Shown here: piece after piece, positions 48,119-58,043 of the stretch | Position numbering within the stretch: position 1 is the first letter of the stretch | Layout of the letters: the number at the start of each line of letters is the position of its first letter | Source: a bacterium | Lineage (GTDB): Bacteria > JADJOY01 | Direction: 5' to 3' | Length of the DNA stretch: 64,000 bases | Assembly: GCA_046331705.1 (NCBI GenBank) | Contig: JAXLQJ010000005.1 | Span: 1 to 64,000, forward strand | Notes under the pieces: model-generated | What the model was told of the DNA's origin: nothing | Seen by the model: only the letters and a program-made list of their open reading frames with translations | Database searches by the model: none | Program-made: the position numbers and the translations under genes

Positions 48119-48955
48119 ATGACCACGCGGCCGGTGCGCATCCGCATCACCGCCGACGATCTGGGCTGGTCGGATGCGGTGAATCGCGGCATCGGCACCG
48201 CCGTCGCCGCGGGGACGGTCTCGGCGATCAGCGTGCTCGCGACGGGTCCGAGCTTCGAGCGGGCGCTCGAGGTGCTCTGCGAAGCGCGTTCGATCTCGGT
48301 GGGCCTGCACCTCGATCTCACGGACTTCCGGTGCGCCGCCGATCCCGCGTCCATCGCGACGCTCGCCGATCCCGACGGACGATTTCGCCGTCGCTCGCGG
48401 CGGCTGGTGACGGCGCTGCTCCTCGGCGCGGTGCGACGCGAGCACGTCGATCGCGAGATCCGCGCCCAGCTGGAACGGCTGCGCGCGGCGGGGATCGCGC
48501 CGCGCCATCTCGACGGCCATCGCCACGCGCACGTCTTCCCGGGCCTCGCGCGTTGCGTGGCGCGTGTAGCGCGCCAGCACGCGCTCGCGTTCGTGCGCGA
48601 GGTGCCGCTCGCGAGCCCGCGCGGTGTGAGCGCCGGGACGCGCGCGGAGCGGACGGCGCTGGCTGTGCTCTCGGCCATCGTCGCCCGGCGCGTGAGGCTC
48701 CCGCCGACGGCGCGGGCGACGGCGCTCGCGGGGCTCGCCGAGGGTCTCCCTCTCGAGCCGGACTGGGTGGCGCACGCGGTGGCGCGCGCGGCCCCGGGGC
48801 TCACGGAGATCGTCACCCATCCCGGCGATGCCGATGCGGGAGCGATCGCGCGGGGCGGCTCTCACGACCGCAACCGCGATCTCGCGGCCTTGCTGTCGCC
48901 GGCCCTCGGCGCGGCGCTGGCCGCCCCCGGGATCGAGCTGGTGCGCGCGGACTGA
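48119..48955 (+). CDS. ChbG/YdjC/HpnK-family carbohydrate deacetylase
   Basis: ITADDLG..AVNRGI, VGLHLDLT, EIRAQL, HLDGHRHAHVFP, EIVTHPG. Confidence 0.9.
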   Translation: MTTRPVRIRITADDLGWSDAVNRGIGTAVAAGTVSAISVLATGPSFERALEVLCEARSISVGLHLDLTDFRCAADPASIATLADPDGRFRRRSRRLVTALLLGAVRREHVDREIRAQLERLRAAGIAPRHLDGHRHAHVFPGLARCVARVARQHALAFVREVPLASPRGVSAGTRAERTALAVLSAIVARRVRLPPTARATALAGLAEGLPLEPDWVAHAVARAAPGLTEIVTHPGDADAGAIARGGSHDRNRDLAALLSPALGAALAAPGIELVRAD

Positions 48956-49051
48956 CCGGACGCCCGCGCGCTCGCGCGGCGATCCAGCGGCTTGTGCGCG
49001 GTGCCGCACGCCCGAGTATCCTCGCGACCGCGACACCCGAGGCTTCACGCG

Positions 49052-50665
49052 ATGAGCATCCCGCAAGGACACGATCCGGTCGGCGCGGCGGCGGCGTTCG
49101 TCCTCGACCACGAGCGGCGCTTTCGTCCGCTCTCGATCGCAGCCGCCGAGGCGGCGTGGAACCTCGCCACCACCGGCCTCGCCGAGCACGCGGACGAGAA
49201 GACCGCGCTCGAGATCGAGATCCGGCGGCTCTTCGCCGATCTCGGCGCCTACACGCGCGCCAATTCCTTCGATCGCATCCTGCGCGAGCGCGCCGACGTC
49301 GATCCGCTGCTCCACCGCCAGGTCCATCTCCTGCGACTCGCGTATCTCGAGGGCCAGATCGACGAGACCACGCTCGGCGAGCGGGTGCGCCTCGAGACCG
49401 AGATCGAGAACGAGTTCAACACGCACCGCGGCCTGCTCGACGGCGAGCCGCGCGACGACAACGAGATCCGCCGGATCCTGCTCGACGAGAACGACTCCGC
49501 GTTGCGCCGCGACGCGTGGATCGCCTCGAAGGCCATCGGCGCGCGCGTCGCCGATCGGCTGCGCGAGCTGGTGCGCATCCGCAACGCCTCCGCGCGGCGC
49601 CTCGGCTTTCGCAACTACCGCTCGCTGGCGCTCGCCGTGTGCGAGATCGACGAGGCCTGGCTCGACCGCTTCCTCGACGAGATGGACGAGCTCACGCGCG
49701 AGCCGTTCCGCGCGTTCAAGACGCGCTTCGACGCCGAGCTGGCGCGACGCTTCGGCGTGCCGGTCTCGGGGCTGCTGCCCTGGCACTACACCGATCCGTT
49801 CTTCCAGGAGCCGCCCGAGGACCCCGCCACGCGCCTCGATCCGAGCTTTCGCCAGGTCGATCTGGTTGCCGCGGCGCTCGCGACCTTTCGCGCGATCGGC
49901 CTCCCCGTCGACGAGACGCTGCGCCGCAGCGACCTTCTCCCGCGTCCCGGCAAATGCCAGCACGCGTTCTGCATCGCGATCGACCGCGAGCGCGACGTGC
50001 GGGTGCTCGCCAACGTGGAGCCGGTCGCGTACTGGGCCGGCACCATGCTCCACGAGTTCGGGCACGCCGCGTACGACCTCTACGTCGATCCCGCCCTGCC
50101 GTTCCTGCTGCGCTGCCCGGCGCACCCGCTCACCACCGAGGCGGTGGCGATGCTCATGGGCCGGCTGGTCTTCGAGCCCGAATGGCTCGAGAACGACGCC
50201 GGCTTCGATCCCGCGCGGCTCGGCGAGCTCGACCGCGCGCTGATCGACACGCGGCAAGTCGCGCGGCTGGTGCTCGCGCGCTGGTGTCTGACGGTCATCC
50301 GATTCGAGAGCGCGCTCTACGCCGACCCCGACGACGACCTCGATGCGCGCTGGTGGGACCTGGTCGAGCGCCACCAGGAGATTCGCCGACCACCCGGACG
50401 CGCGGCACCGGACTGGGCGGCGAAGATCCATCTCTCGACGAGTCCCGTCTACTACCAGAACTACCTGCTGGGCGAGACCCTCGCGGCGCAGCTCGGCCAG
50501 ACCATTCGCGAGCGCACCGGGCGCGGGGTCGTCGGCAACGCCGGCGCCGGGCATTTCCTGCTCCACCAGGTGATCCGCCCAGGCGCGAGCGTGCGCTGGG
50601 ACGAGCTGGTGCGGCGCGCGACCGGACGCGCGCTCGATCCGCGCGTCTACCTGCTGGACGTGTGA
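49052..50665 (+). CDS. M2/M3-like zinc metallopeptidase (peptidyl-dipeptidase / oligoendopeptidase)
   Basis: ARRLGFRNY, PWHYTDPFFQE, KCQHAFC, TMLHEFGHA (HExxH), TTEAVAM, DWAAKIH...PVYYQNY. Confidence 0.88.
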   Translation: MSIPQGHDPVGAAAAFVLDHERRFRPLSIAAAEAAWNLATTGLAEHADEKTALEIEIRRLFADLGAYTRANSFDRILRERADVDPLLHRQVHLLRLAYLEGQIDETTLGERVRLETEIENEFNTHRGLLDGEPRDDNEIRRILLDENDSALRRDAWIASKAIGARVADRLRELVRIRNASARRLGFRNYRSLALAVCEIDEAWLDRFLDEMDELTREPFRAFKTRFDAELARRFGVPVSGLLPWHYTDPFFQEPPEDPATRLDPSFRQVDLVAAALATFRAIGLPVDETLRRSDLLPRPGKCQHAFCIAIDRERDVRVLANVEPVAYWAGTMLHEFGHAAYDLYVDPALPFLLRCPAHPLTTEAVAMLMGRLVFEPEWLENDAGFDPARLGELDRALIDTRQVARLVLARWCLTVIRFESALYADPDDDLDARWWDLVERHQEIRRPPGRAAPDWAAKIHLSTSPVYYQNYLLGETLAAQLGQTIRERTGRGVVGNAGAGHFLLHQVIRPGASVRWDELVRRATGRALDPRVYLLDV

Positions 50666-50717
50666 CGGACGCGCCGAGCGGGGCACGGGCGGCCGCGCGG
50701 GCCGAGCCGGCGAGGGA

Positions 50718-51068
50718 TCAGCCGATCGGCCAGCAATCCGAGGCGAGCGGCACCGCCTCGCGCGCCAGCCGCGGCGCCAGCAGGTACGCGAGCACCCGCT
50801 CGCCGTCGTCGAGCTCGATCCAGTCGCGCAGGTACGAATCGGGGACTTCCTCGAAGGCATCGAGCCCGGCCAGCGACGCCACGTCGACCTCGAAGACCTC
50901 GCCGCACACCCGCGACGCACCCTCCGCCACGAGCCCCGGGTACTCGCCGGCGAGCACCAGCGCGTAGCGCGGCGCCGTGCGCGCGACCCGCACGAAGCGC
51001 GCCCCCGCCAGCTCGGCGTGATGGCGCTCGCCGCGCTTCAGGCTTCCGTAGACGAAGAGCCGTTGCAC
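50718..51068 (-). CDS. Gamma-glutamylcyclotransferase (AIG2-like)
   Basis: LFVYGSLKRG, YPGLV, VCGEVFEV, LDAFE...YLR; GAGG RBS before GTG. Confidence 0.9.
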   Translation of the reverse strand: MQRLFVYGSLKRGERHHAELAGARFVRVARTAPRYALVLAGEYPGLVAEGASRVCGEVFEVDVASLAGLDAFEEVPDSYLRDWIELDDGERVLAYLLAPRLAREAVPLASDCWPIG

Positions 51069-51122
51069 ACGAGCCTCGTTTTGAAGCGTACACGCCGCCA
51101 CGAGCGAGGTAGGATTCGGGTC

Positions 51123-52070
51123 ATGCCACGGCCCACCCTGCGTCAGTCGGCGCTCGCGTTCCTGCTATTGCCAGGCCTCGTCCTCGCGCCGGCGCGAGCC
51201 TTCGCGGGCCAGCTCTCCGATCTCGAGAAAGAGATGGAGCGACCGGCGCAGCGCTCGTCGTCGAGCTTTGGCGACGACGACGATTGCGACGGCTTTCTCG
51301 AGTGCGTCCTCACCACCATCCTCGCCGGGCTCGCCGAGGCCGTCATCCGGAGCGCGGGCCAGGCGGTGGGCGAAGCGGTGGACTGGACGCTCTTCGGGCC
51401 GGATCACGACGAGGACCGCGAGTGGCTCGGGACGATGGCCGGCACTCCCGCGCCACCGGAGCCCGGCGACGGCACGACGGCGTCGGGTAGCCGCGAGCCG
51501 AGCCCGCCTCCACCGTCCCGCGAGACGCCCGAGCGACACGGGCTGCCGGGTGCGACCAATCGCTACGGATCCGGGCGCGCGGCTGGCGCTCCCACGATCC
51601 CGTTCCTGCGCGTCGACGATACGTACGCGCTCGTCCCCGACGACGTCGACGCGTACTCGGTGCAAGCGCAAGCGGGCTACGGCGCATTCGGCGCCAGCTT
51701 CGAGTTCGCACGGTTCTGGGAAGATCGCCCGGCGAGCCGCCTGGATTCCTACTCGGCCGACGTGTTGTTCCGTTTCGCTGCCGGCGAGGGCTTCGAGTTC
51801 GACATCGCCACCGGCTACCGCGGCTTCCACGGCGAGGCGCACCACGACGGCTGGGAGATCGGCATCCCGATCGCGATCTACCCGTGGCGGTACCTCGGCG
51901 TGGAGAGCTCGTTCAAGTGGGCGTTCGTGGGCGGCAACCTCGTCGAGGACTACCGCGGCGGGCTCGCGATCCACGTCCCATTCGTGACGCTCAGGCCCGG
52001 CTACCGTCATCTCGCCACCGGCGACGAGAGCCTGGACGGTCCCGAGCTCACGCTCGGCGTGATGTGGTGA
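51123..52070 (+). CDS. Exported hypothetical protein with probable C-terminal outer-membrane beta-barrel
   Basis: Signal peptide ending AFA-G; acidic/Pro-rich N-terminal region; amphipathic strands ending in Trp (ELTLGVMW); TAGGAT -10 7 nt before the ATG. Confidence 0.65.
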   Translation: MPRPTLRQSALAFLLLPGLVLAPARAFAGQLSDLEKEMERPAQRSSSSFGDDDDCDGFLECVLTTILAGLAEAVIRSAGQAVGEAVDWTLFGPDHDEDREWLGTMAGTPAPPEPGDGTTASGSREPSPPPPSRETPERHGLPGATNRYGSGRAAGAPTIPFLRVDDTYALVPDDVDAYSVQAQAGYGAFGASFEFARFWEDRPASRLDSYSADVLFRFAAGEGFEFDIATGYRGFHGEAHHDGWEIGIPIAIYPWRYLGVESSFKWAFVGGNLVEDYRGGLAIHVPFVTLRPGYRHLATGDESLDGPELTLGVMW

Positions 52071-52079
52071 CCGCGCCGC

Positions 52080-53414
52080 TCAGGCGCGCAACAGCGCGTA
52101 GCGCAGCAGAAAGAGCACCGCGAACAGGTGCACCAGCCAATGCGTCTGGCCGGCCTTGCCGCGCACCAGCTTGATCAGCGAGTAGGCGATGAAGCCGAAG
52201 GCGATCCCCTCGGTGATGGAAAGCGCCAGCGGCATGATGACGATGGCGAGAAACGCGGGGATGGCCTCCTCGGCGTCGTGCCACTCGACCCCGGCGATCG
52301 CCTCGATCATGAAGTAGCCGACCAAGATCAGCGACGGCGCGATCGCCGGATGGAACGAGGCGCCGCCGATCTGGATCTCGCCGCTCACCATCTGCACCAG
52401 CGGCGTGATGAAGAGCGCCAGCAAGAGCAGCACCGCCGTGACCACGCTGGTGAGCCCCGTGCGGCCCCCCGCCGACACTCCGGCGGCGCTCTCGATGTAG
52501 CTGGTGACGGTGCTGGTGCCCGCGACCGCTCCCACCACCGTGGAAATCGAGTCCGCGAGCAGCGCCTCCCTCGCCTTGGGAAGCTTGCCGTCGGCGGTCA
52601 TGAGCCCCGCCTTCTCGGACACGCCCACCAGCGTTCCGACCGTGTCGAAGAGCGCCAGGAACAAGAACACGAAGATCACCGGCGCCATCTGGGGCGTCAG
52701 CGCGCCCAGCGGATCGAGCTTCAGGAACGTGGGCGCGAGCGACGGCGGCGCCGAGACGATGCCGTGGAACCGCGTGTAGCCGAGCGCCAGCGACACCAGC
52801 GTGGTCGCGCCGATCCCGATCAAGAGCGAGCCCCGGATCCCCCGCACCAGCAGCACGATCGACACCACCAGCCCGAACACCGTGAGCAGCGCCGCCGGCG
52901 AACGCAGGCTGCCGAGCGCGAGCCCCGTGGCGGAGTCGTGGACGACGAGCCCGCCGTACTCCAGACCGACGAGCGTGATGAGCAGGCCGATGCCCGCGGC
53001 GATTCCGCGCTTGAGCGAGCTCGGGATCACCTCGATCAGCTTCTCGCGGAGCCCCACGCCCGCGAGCAGGATGAAGATCGTGCCGGCGATCGCGATCGCC
53101 CCCAGCGCGATCGTCCACGGCACCTTCATGCCGAGCACCACGCCGTAGGCGAAGTAGAAGTTGTGGCCCATCCCCGGCGCCAGCGCCACCGGATAGTTGG
53201 CGAGGAACGCCATCAAGAGGCACGCGAGCGCGCTCGCGACACAGGTCGCCACGAACACCGCGCCCGGATCCATGCCGGCCGCGCCGAGAACCACCGGCTG
53301 GACGAACAGGATGTACGCCATGGTCGCGAACGTCGTCGCGCCGGCGACGACCTCGGTGCGAACCGACGTGCCGCGCTCGCCGAGGTGGAAACGCCGCTCC
53401 AGCCACTCGTTCAT
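52080..53414 (-). CDS. NCS2/AzgA-family nucleobase (purine) permease
   Basis: TEVVAGATTFATMAYI, ANYPVALAPGMG, FDTVGTL, TSTVTSYIESAAG..AGGRTGLT, MPLALSITEGIAFG. Confidence 0.94.
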   Translation of the reverse strand: MNEWLERRFHLGERGTSVRTEVVAGATTFATMAYILFVQPVVLGAAGMDPGAVFVATCVASALACLLMAFLANYPVALAPGMGHNFYFAYGVVLGMKVPWTIALGAIAIAGTIFILLAGVGLREKLIEVIPSSLKRGIAAGIGLLITLVGLEYGGLVVHDSATGLALGSLRSPAALLTVFGLVVSIVLLVRGIRGSLLIGIGATTLVSLALGYTRFHGIVSAPPSLAPTFLKLDPLGALTPQMAPVIFVFLFLALFDTVGTLVGVSEKAGLMTADGKLPKAREALLADSISTVVGAVAGTSTVTSYIESAAGVSAGGRTGLTSVVTAVLLLLALFITPLVQMVSGEIQIGGASFHPAIAPSLILVGYFMIEAIAGVEWHDAEEAIPAFLAIVIMPLALSITEGIAFGFIAYSLIKLVRGKAGQTHWLVHLFAVLFLLRYALLRA

Positions 53415-53525
53415 CGCGCTCCCCCCGCCCTGTCAGCGACGCGCGGGACGCTAGCGCGCGCGCCGCGCGCCATCAAGGAATCCGCGAAGCCACCGCGCAC
53501 GAGGCCGGCGGGTCCGCCAGACGCA

Positions 53526-53555
53526 CGAAAGCCGGCTCGCGAGAGCCGGCTTTCG
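53526..53555 (-). terminator. Intrinsic-terminator-like hairpin after moeB
   Basis: CGAAAGCCGGCTC-GCGA-GAGCCGGCTTTCG: perfect 13-bp stem, 25 nt past the moeB stop, short T-run. Confidence 0.65.
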
Positions 53556-53580
53556 GAACGTCGTTCAGGTGATGCCGGGA

Positions 53581-54726
53581 TCAGTACGTGGGCAGGCTCG
53601 GATCGATCTCGCGGGCCCAGGCGAGAATGCCGCCTTCCAGGTTGTAGAGCCGCTTGAAGCCGAGCTTCGAAAGCTCCCCGGCGGCGGTCGCCGAGCGAGC
53701 GCCCGACTTGCAGTGGATCAGGATGTCGCGGTCCTGGGGAAGCTCGCTGGCGATCGCCACCACGTCCTCGTGCGGCTGGAGCCGATCGGCGAACGCGAGC
53801 TTCACGATCTCGGCTTCGTGGGGCTTGCGCACGTCGAGGATGTAGGGATTCCAGCCACCGTCGAGCTTGGCCTTCGCGTCCTTCACCGAGATGCGATGGA
53901 AGCCGTTGCTCACCGGCTCCTCCTCGTGTGCCTGGCCGCCGAAGCCGCAGAATTGCTGGTAGTCGATGAGCTCGGTCACGGGCTCGAGGCTCGGGTCCTT
54001 GCGCAGCTTGACCTCGCGGAAGCGCATGTTGAGCGCGTCGTAGATCAGGAGCCGTCCCGAGAGCGTCTCTCCCTTGCCGAGCAGGATCTTGATGGTCTCG
54101 GTGGCCTGGATGCAGCCGATGACGCCCGGCAAGATGCCCAGCACGCCGCCCTCGGCGCAGGAGGGCACGAGCCCTGGCGGCGGGGGCTCCGGGTAGAGGT
54201 CGCGGTATTGCGGGCCGCCCTGGTAGTTGAACACCGAGGCCTGACCCTCGAACTTGAAGATCGAGCCGTAGACGTTCGGCTTGCCGAGCAGCACGCACGC
54301 GTCGTTCACCAGGTAGCGCGTGGGGAAGTTGTCGGTGCCGTCCACGACCACGTCGTAGGGCGCCAGCACCCGCATCGCGTTCTCGCTGGTGAGCGGCTCC
54401 TCGTAGATGTCGAGCTTCACGTGCGGGTTGATGTCGCGAATGCGCTCGGCCGCGGACACCACCTTGCGCACGCCGATCTTGGACGTGCCGTGGATGATCT
54501 GCCGCTGGAGGTTCGACTCGTCGACGACGTCGAAGTCCACCAATCCGATCCGCCCCACGCCCGCCGCGGCGAGATAGAGCAAGAGCGGCGAGCCGAGGCC
54601 GCCGGTGCCCACGCACAGGACGCTTCCCGCCTTCAGCTTGCGCTGCCCCTCCATCCCCACGTCCTCGAGGATCAGGTGACGAGAATAGCGTGCGACTTCG
54701 TCCTTGCTGAGATCGGGCAAGCTCAT
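53581..54726 (-). CDS. moeB: MoeB/MoeZ-type sulfur-carrier adenylyltransferase with C-terminal rhodanese domain
   Basis: RYSRHLIL, VGTGGLGSP, DFDVVDESNLQRQ, DGTDNFPTRYLVNDAC, VPSCAEGGVLG; rhodanese ILDVR...HCKSGARS; GGAGG RBS. Confidence 0.95.
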   Translation of the reverse strand: MSLPDLSKDEVARYSRHLILEDVGMEGQRKLKAGSVLCVGTGGLGSPLLLYLAAAGVGRIGLVDFDVVDESNLQRQIIHGTSKIGVRKVVSAAERIRDINPHVKLDIYEEPLTSENAMRVLAPYDVVVDGTDNFPTRYLVNDACVLLGKPNVYGSIFKFEGQASVFNYQGGPQYRDLYPEPPPPGLVPSCAEGGVLGILPGVIGCIQATETIKILLGKGETLSGRLLIYDALNMRFREVKLRKDPSLEPVTELIDYQQFCGFGGQAHEEEPVSNGFHRISVKDAKAKLDGGWNPYILDVRKPHEAEIVKLAFADRLQPHEDVVAIASELPQDRDILIHCKSGARSATAAGELSKLGFKRLYNLEGGILAWAREIDPSLPTY

Positions 54727-55059
54727 GTGCGGAACCTCCGGGCGGTGGGTGCGGGGCCCCCGCGCTGCATGCGTGACGATGGCGTGCCGAAACCGCGTCG
54801 CGAAGCGGGCGGCGCACCGTTGGCCCCGCCGGATCGTGCGGGCGGCGCCAGGCCAGTCGCGCCAAGGTAACCAGGCTGGCGCGAAGATCAACCGCTCTCC
54901 GCGTGTGCGGCGAGCGCGCGCGAAACGCCGCGGCGCCGCCTTCCGCCGCCGCCCGCGACGGGCAGCCACTCGCACCGATGCGGGTTAAGGTCGGTCGCGA
55001 ACGGACATCCGCGCGGCGATTCCTCCCGACGCCCGCATCCGCTTCCCTGCGAGGCCGCC

Positions 55060-56556
55060 ATGCGGCGAACCATCACCTTCGTCCTGATCCTCGGCGTGCT
55101 GGCAGGCGGCGGCTTCGGCGCCGTGTCCGCGTGGCGGCTCTACGAATCCGCGCCGCCGGTGATCGAGTGGGTGAACCCACCCAAGGCCATCGGTCGCAAG
55201 GCGCAGCTCGGGCTCAAGGTCACCGACTCCGGCGCCGGAATCGCGAAGCTGACCGTCACGATCGAGCAGGCCGCGACACCGCCGGTCGTGAAGACGGTGC
55301 TCGAGGAGACCGTGGTGGCCGGGCCGGACGGCCAACCGCCCAAGAGCTGGGAGAAGGTCGTCGAGTTCGATCCGCGCGAGCTCGGCATCCGCGACGGCGA
55401 CGTCAAGCTGGTGGTCACGGCGACCGACCACTCGCGGCGCAACGGCGGTCAGGGCAACACCGCGACCGCCGAGCCGCTGACGCTGGCGGCGCGCTTGCGG
55501 CCGCCGCAAGTGGAGCTGCTGAGCGACCAGCACAACATCGAGTTCGGCGGCTCGATGATGGTCGCGTACCGGGTGGGCGCGAGCGCCGTGGAGGACGGCG
55601 TGCGGGTCGGCGCGCGCACGTTCCCGGGCTATCCGTCGCCCGCCGACTCGGCCGTCCACATCTGTCTCTTCGCGCTCTCGTTCCGCGAGCCCGAGGGCGC
55701 CGACCCCACGGTCTTCGCCCGCGACGAGATCGGCAACGAGGCCGAGGTGCGCTTCAACTACAAGGTGATGCCGCGGAAATACCCGGACGAAGAGGTGCAG
55801 CTCAAACCGGAGTGGATCCAAGCCGTCCGCGATCGCTTCGCGCTGCCGCCCTCGCTCGACGACACCGCGGCGTTCCTGGAAGTGAACAGCAAGCTGCGCG
55901 TCCAGAACCACGAAACGCTGGCGAAAGTGCTCGAGAAGACCGCGCCGGAGGCGTACTGGTCGGGGGCGTTCGGGCGCATGAACGGCAAGCCGGTGAGCCG
56001 CTTCGCCGAGACCCGGCACTACCTCTGGCAGGGCAAGGAGATCGATCAGCAGGTGCATCTGGGCGTGGACATCGCGGCGCTTCAGAACTTCCCGGTGCCG
56101 GCCGCGGGCGCCGGCGTGGTGATCCATGCCAGCGACCTCGGGATCTACGGCAACTGCGTGATCATCGACCACGGGATGGGCCTGGCCACGCTCTACGGCC
56201 ACCTGAGCAGCATGAGCGTCGCCGAGGGCGACAAGGTGACCCAGAACCAGATCGTCGGCCGCACCGGCACCACGGGGCTCGCGTTCGGAGACCACCTCCA
56301 CTTCGGCATGTACGTCCACGGTGTCGCGGTCGATCCCAAGGATTGGTGGGACCCGCTCTTCATCCGCAAGCGCATCGAGCCCAAGCTCGCCGCGTGGCGC
56401 TCGGGAGGCGCGAACGTCGCCGCGCAAGCCGCCGCCGCGGCCATCGCCACCATGCCGTCCGAGGGCGCCGCCGCGGCGCCCGGCGGCGGCGCGGAAGCAG
56501 TCGCTCCCTCGAGATCGACGCACGGCTCGGGCAAGCATGGGAAGCACACGCGCTGA
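55060..56556 (+). CDS. M23-family metallopeptidase (peptidoglycan endopeptidase-like) with N-terminal anchor
   Basis: N-terminal TM; HLGVD (HxxxD), YGNCVIIDHG, TLYGHLS, GRTGTTG, HLHF (HxH). Confidence 0.93.
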   Translation: MRRTITFVLILGVLAGGGFGAVSAWRLYESAPPVIEWVNPPKAIGRKAQLGLKVTDSGAGIAKLTVTIEQAATPPVVKTVLEETVVAGPDGQPPKSWEKVVEFDPRELGIRDGDVKLVVTATDHSRRNGGQGNTATAEPLTLAARLRPPQVELLSDQHNIEFGGSMMVAYRVGASAVEDGVRVGARTFPGYPSPADSAVHICLFALSFREPEGADPTVFARDEIGNEAEVRFNYKVMPRKYPDEEVQLKPEWIQAVRDRFALPPSLDDTAAFLEVNSKLRVQNHETLAKVLEKTAPEAYWSGAFGRMNGKPVSRFAETRHYLWQGKEIDQQVHLGVDIAALQNFPVPAAGAGVVIHASDLGIYGNCVIIDHGMGLATLYGHLSSMSVAEGDKVTQNQIVGRTGTTGLAFGDHLHFGMYVHGVAVDPKDWWDPLFIRKRIEPKLAAWRSGGANVAAQAAAAAIATMPSEGAAAAPGGGAEAVAPSRSTHGSGKHGKHTR

Positions 56557-56694
56557 GCGTCCCAGCGCGCGAGACGCCCATCGGCGCGCCGTGAGCCCGA
56601 GGGCTCGCCTCGCTCCCACGCTCGGCGCCACGGCGCTTCGTTGCGTCGATCCCGGAGCGTCGGTCGCGGCTGGCGGGTGGCGCCCGCGGCGCGC

Positions 56695-57987
56695 GTGAAC
56701 GCGCCGTGGCGGTGGGTGCTCGCCGCGACAGTCGTCGCCGTGGCCCTGCTCCTGCTGCCGATCTCGCTCCGATCGGACCGTCGCCAGGCCACCCCACCGG
56801 TCGCGCGCGAGTCGCCGTGCGGCCCCCTCGCCCAGCAGGACGAGATCGCGCGTGCGTTCCGCGCCGCGCACCCGCACCCGTCGACGGCGGGTTCGCCGAG
56901 CGACGTGACGCGCACGCCGCGCCCGGGAGCAACGATCGAAGGTCGCGTCACGGATGCTGGCGGCGCGCCGCTCGCGGAGGTGCTCGTCCGCGCCAGCTCG
57001 GAAGCCGAGCCACCCGAGGCAGCGGCGGTCGCGCGGTCGAACGCCTCCGGATCGTTCCAGCTGACCGGGCTCGGAGCAGGCCTCTACACGCTTCGCACGC
57101 TCGCCGACGACCATCGACGTTCCTCGCGCGAGCACGTCGCATCGGGAGCGCGTGAGATCGTGTTGACGCTCGCGCCCACCGCGCGCGTGGTGGGCTGCGT
57201 GGTGGACGCGGCCTCGAAGCTTCCCGTGCCTGGCTTCCGCGTGGGCGACGAGTGGTTCGAGGGGACCGGCGGCGTCTTCGAGCTCACGCTCGGCGACGCT
57301 CCCGGCGACGCGATCGAGATCCGCGCGCCGAGTTACGTACCGGCGACGCTCGACCCCGTGGACCACGGCGAGTACCCACCGGCTCTCCACACGACGCTCC
57401 GGCTCGAGCGTGGGTCGACGCTCCACGGGCGGGTGATCGACGCGAACGGCGACGGTGTCGAGAACGCCCGCGTGGTCGCCGTCGCGCGCGGTCGTCTTCC
57501 GTATCGCTCGGAGACCACGACGAGCGGCGACGGGCGATTCAGGTTCGACGACCTGAACGACCAGCTGTGGATGCTCACCGCTCGCGCCGAGCGCAGCGAG
57601 CCACCCGAGCCCGCCCGCGGCACGACGGCGCTTCGGCTCGCCTGGAATCGCTCCGCCGACGAAGTGCTGATCCAGCTCGGCAAGCAGGGCGTGCTCATCG
57701 ACTGGATCGCCGAGGACCTCGCGTACGAGGTCATGCGGAGCGAAGGGCGCCAGACCTGGGAGTCCAACGACTCGCAGTGGGTACGGGTTCAGACGGCCAC
57801 ACGCGTGATCGCCGACGCGATGATGGGCGTGATCGCATCCGACGCTCGCGCGGGCGCGGACCCCGAGTCCCACGACGATCTGGTCGAGCGCGCCGCCGCA
57901 CGGATCCCACCGACGGCCCTCACCGCCGACGTGACGAGCTCCTTGGAAGAGCTGCGACGCGCCCGCGAGCGCCGCCGCGCCGGCTGA
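56695..57987 (+). CDS. Membrane-anchored carboxypeptidase-regulatory-like (Ig/prealbumin-fold) repeat protein
   Basis: N-terminal TM; repeats IEGRVTDAGGAPL...SNASGSFQLTGL, VVGCVVDAAS, LHGRVIDANG...TSGDGRFRF; start uncertain. Confidence 0.75.
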   Translation: MNAPWRWVLAATVVAVALLLLPISLRSDRRQATPPVARESPCGPLAQQDEIARAFRAAHPHPSTAGSPSDVTRTPRPGATIEGRVTDAGGAPLAEVLVRASSEAEPPEAAAVARSNASGSFQLTGLGAGLYTLRTLADDHRRSSREHVASGAREIVLTLAPTARVVGCVVDAASKLPVPGFRVGDEWFEGTGGVFELTLGDAPGDAIEIRAPSYVPATLDPVDHGEYPPALHTTLRLERGSTLHGRVIDANGDGVENARVVAVARGRLPYRSETTTSGDGRFRFDDLNDQLWMLTARAERSEPPEPARGTTALRLAWNRSADEVLIQLGKQGVLIDWIAEDLAYEVMRSEGRQTWESNDSQWVRVQTATRVIADAMMGVIASDARAGADPESHDDLVERAAARIPPTALTADVTSSLEELRRARERRRAG

Positions 57988-58043
57988 CGGGCGGGCGTGA
58001 CCCCGTCCGCGCCGGAGCGTAGAATGCGCCCGAGGAATTGGAT

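Noticed and set aside
54727-55059. Possible SAM or Moco riboswitch upstream of moeB (GACTGGCC...GGTGC fragments; TCGCGCCA/TGGCGCGA inverted repeat)
   Set aside because: Core conserved elements and helix order could not be matched by eye. A TTGATC-N16-TACCTT promoter explains part of it. An Rfam cmscan would settle it.
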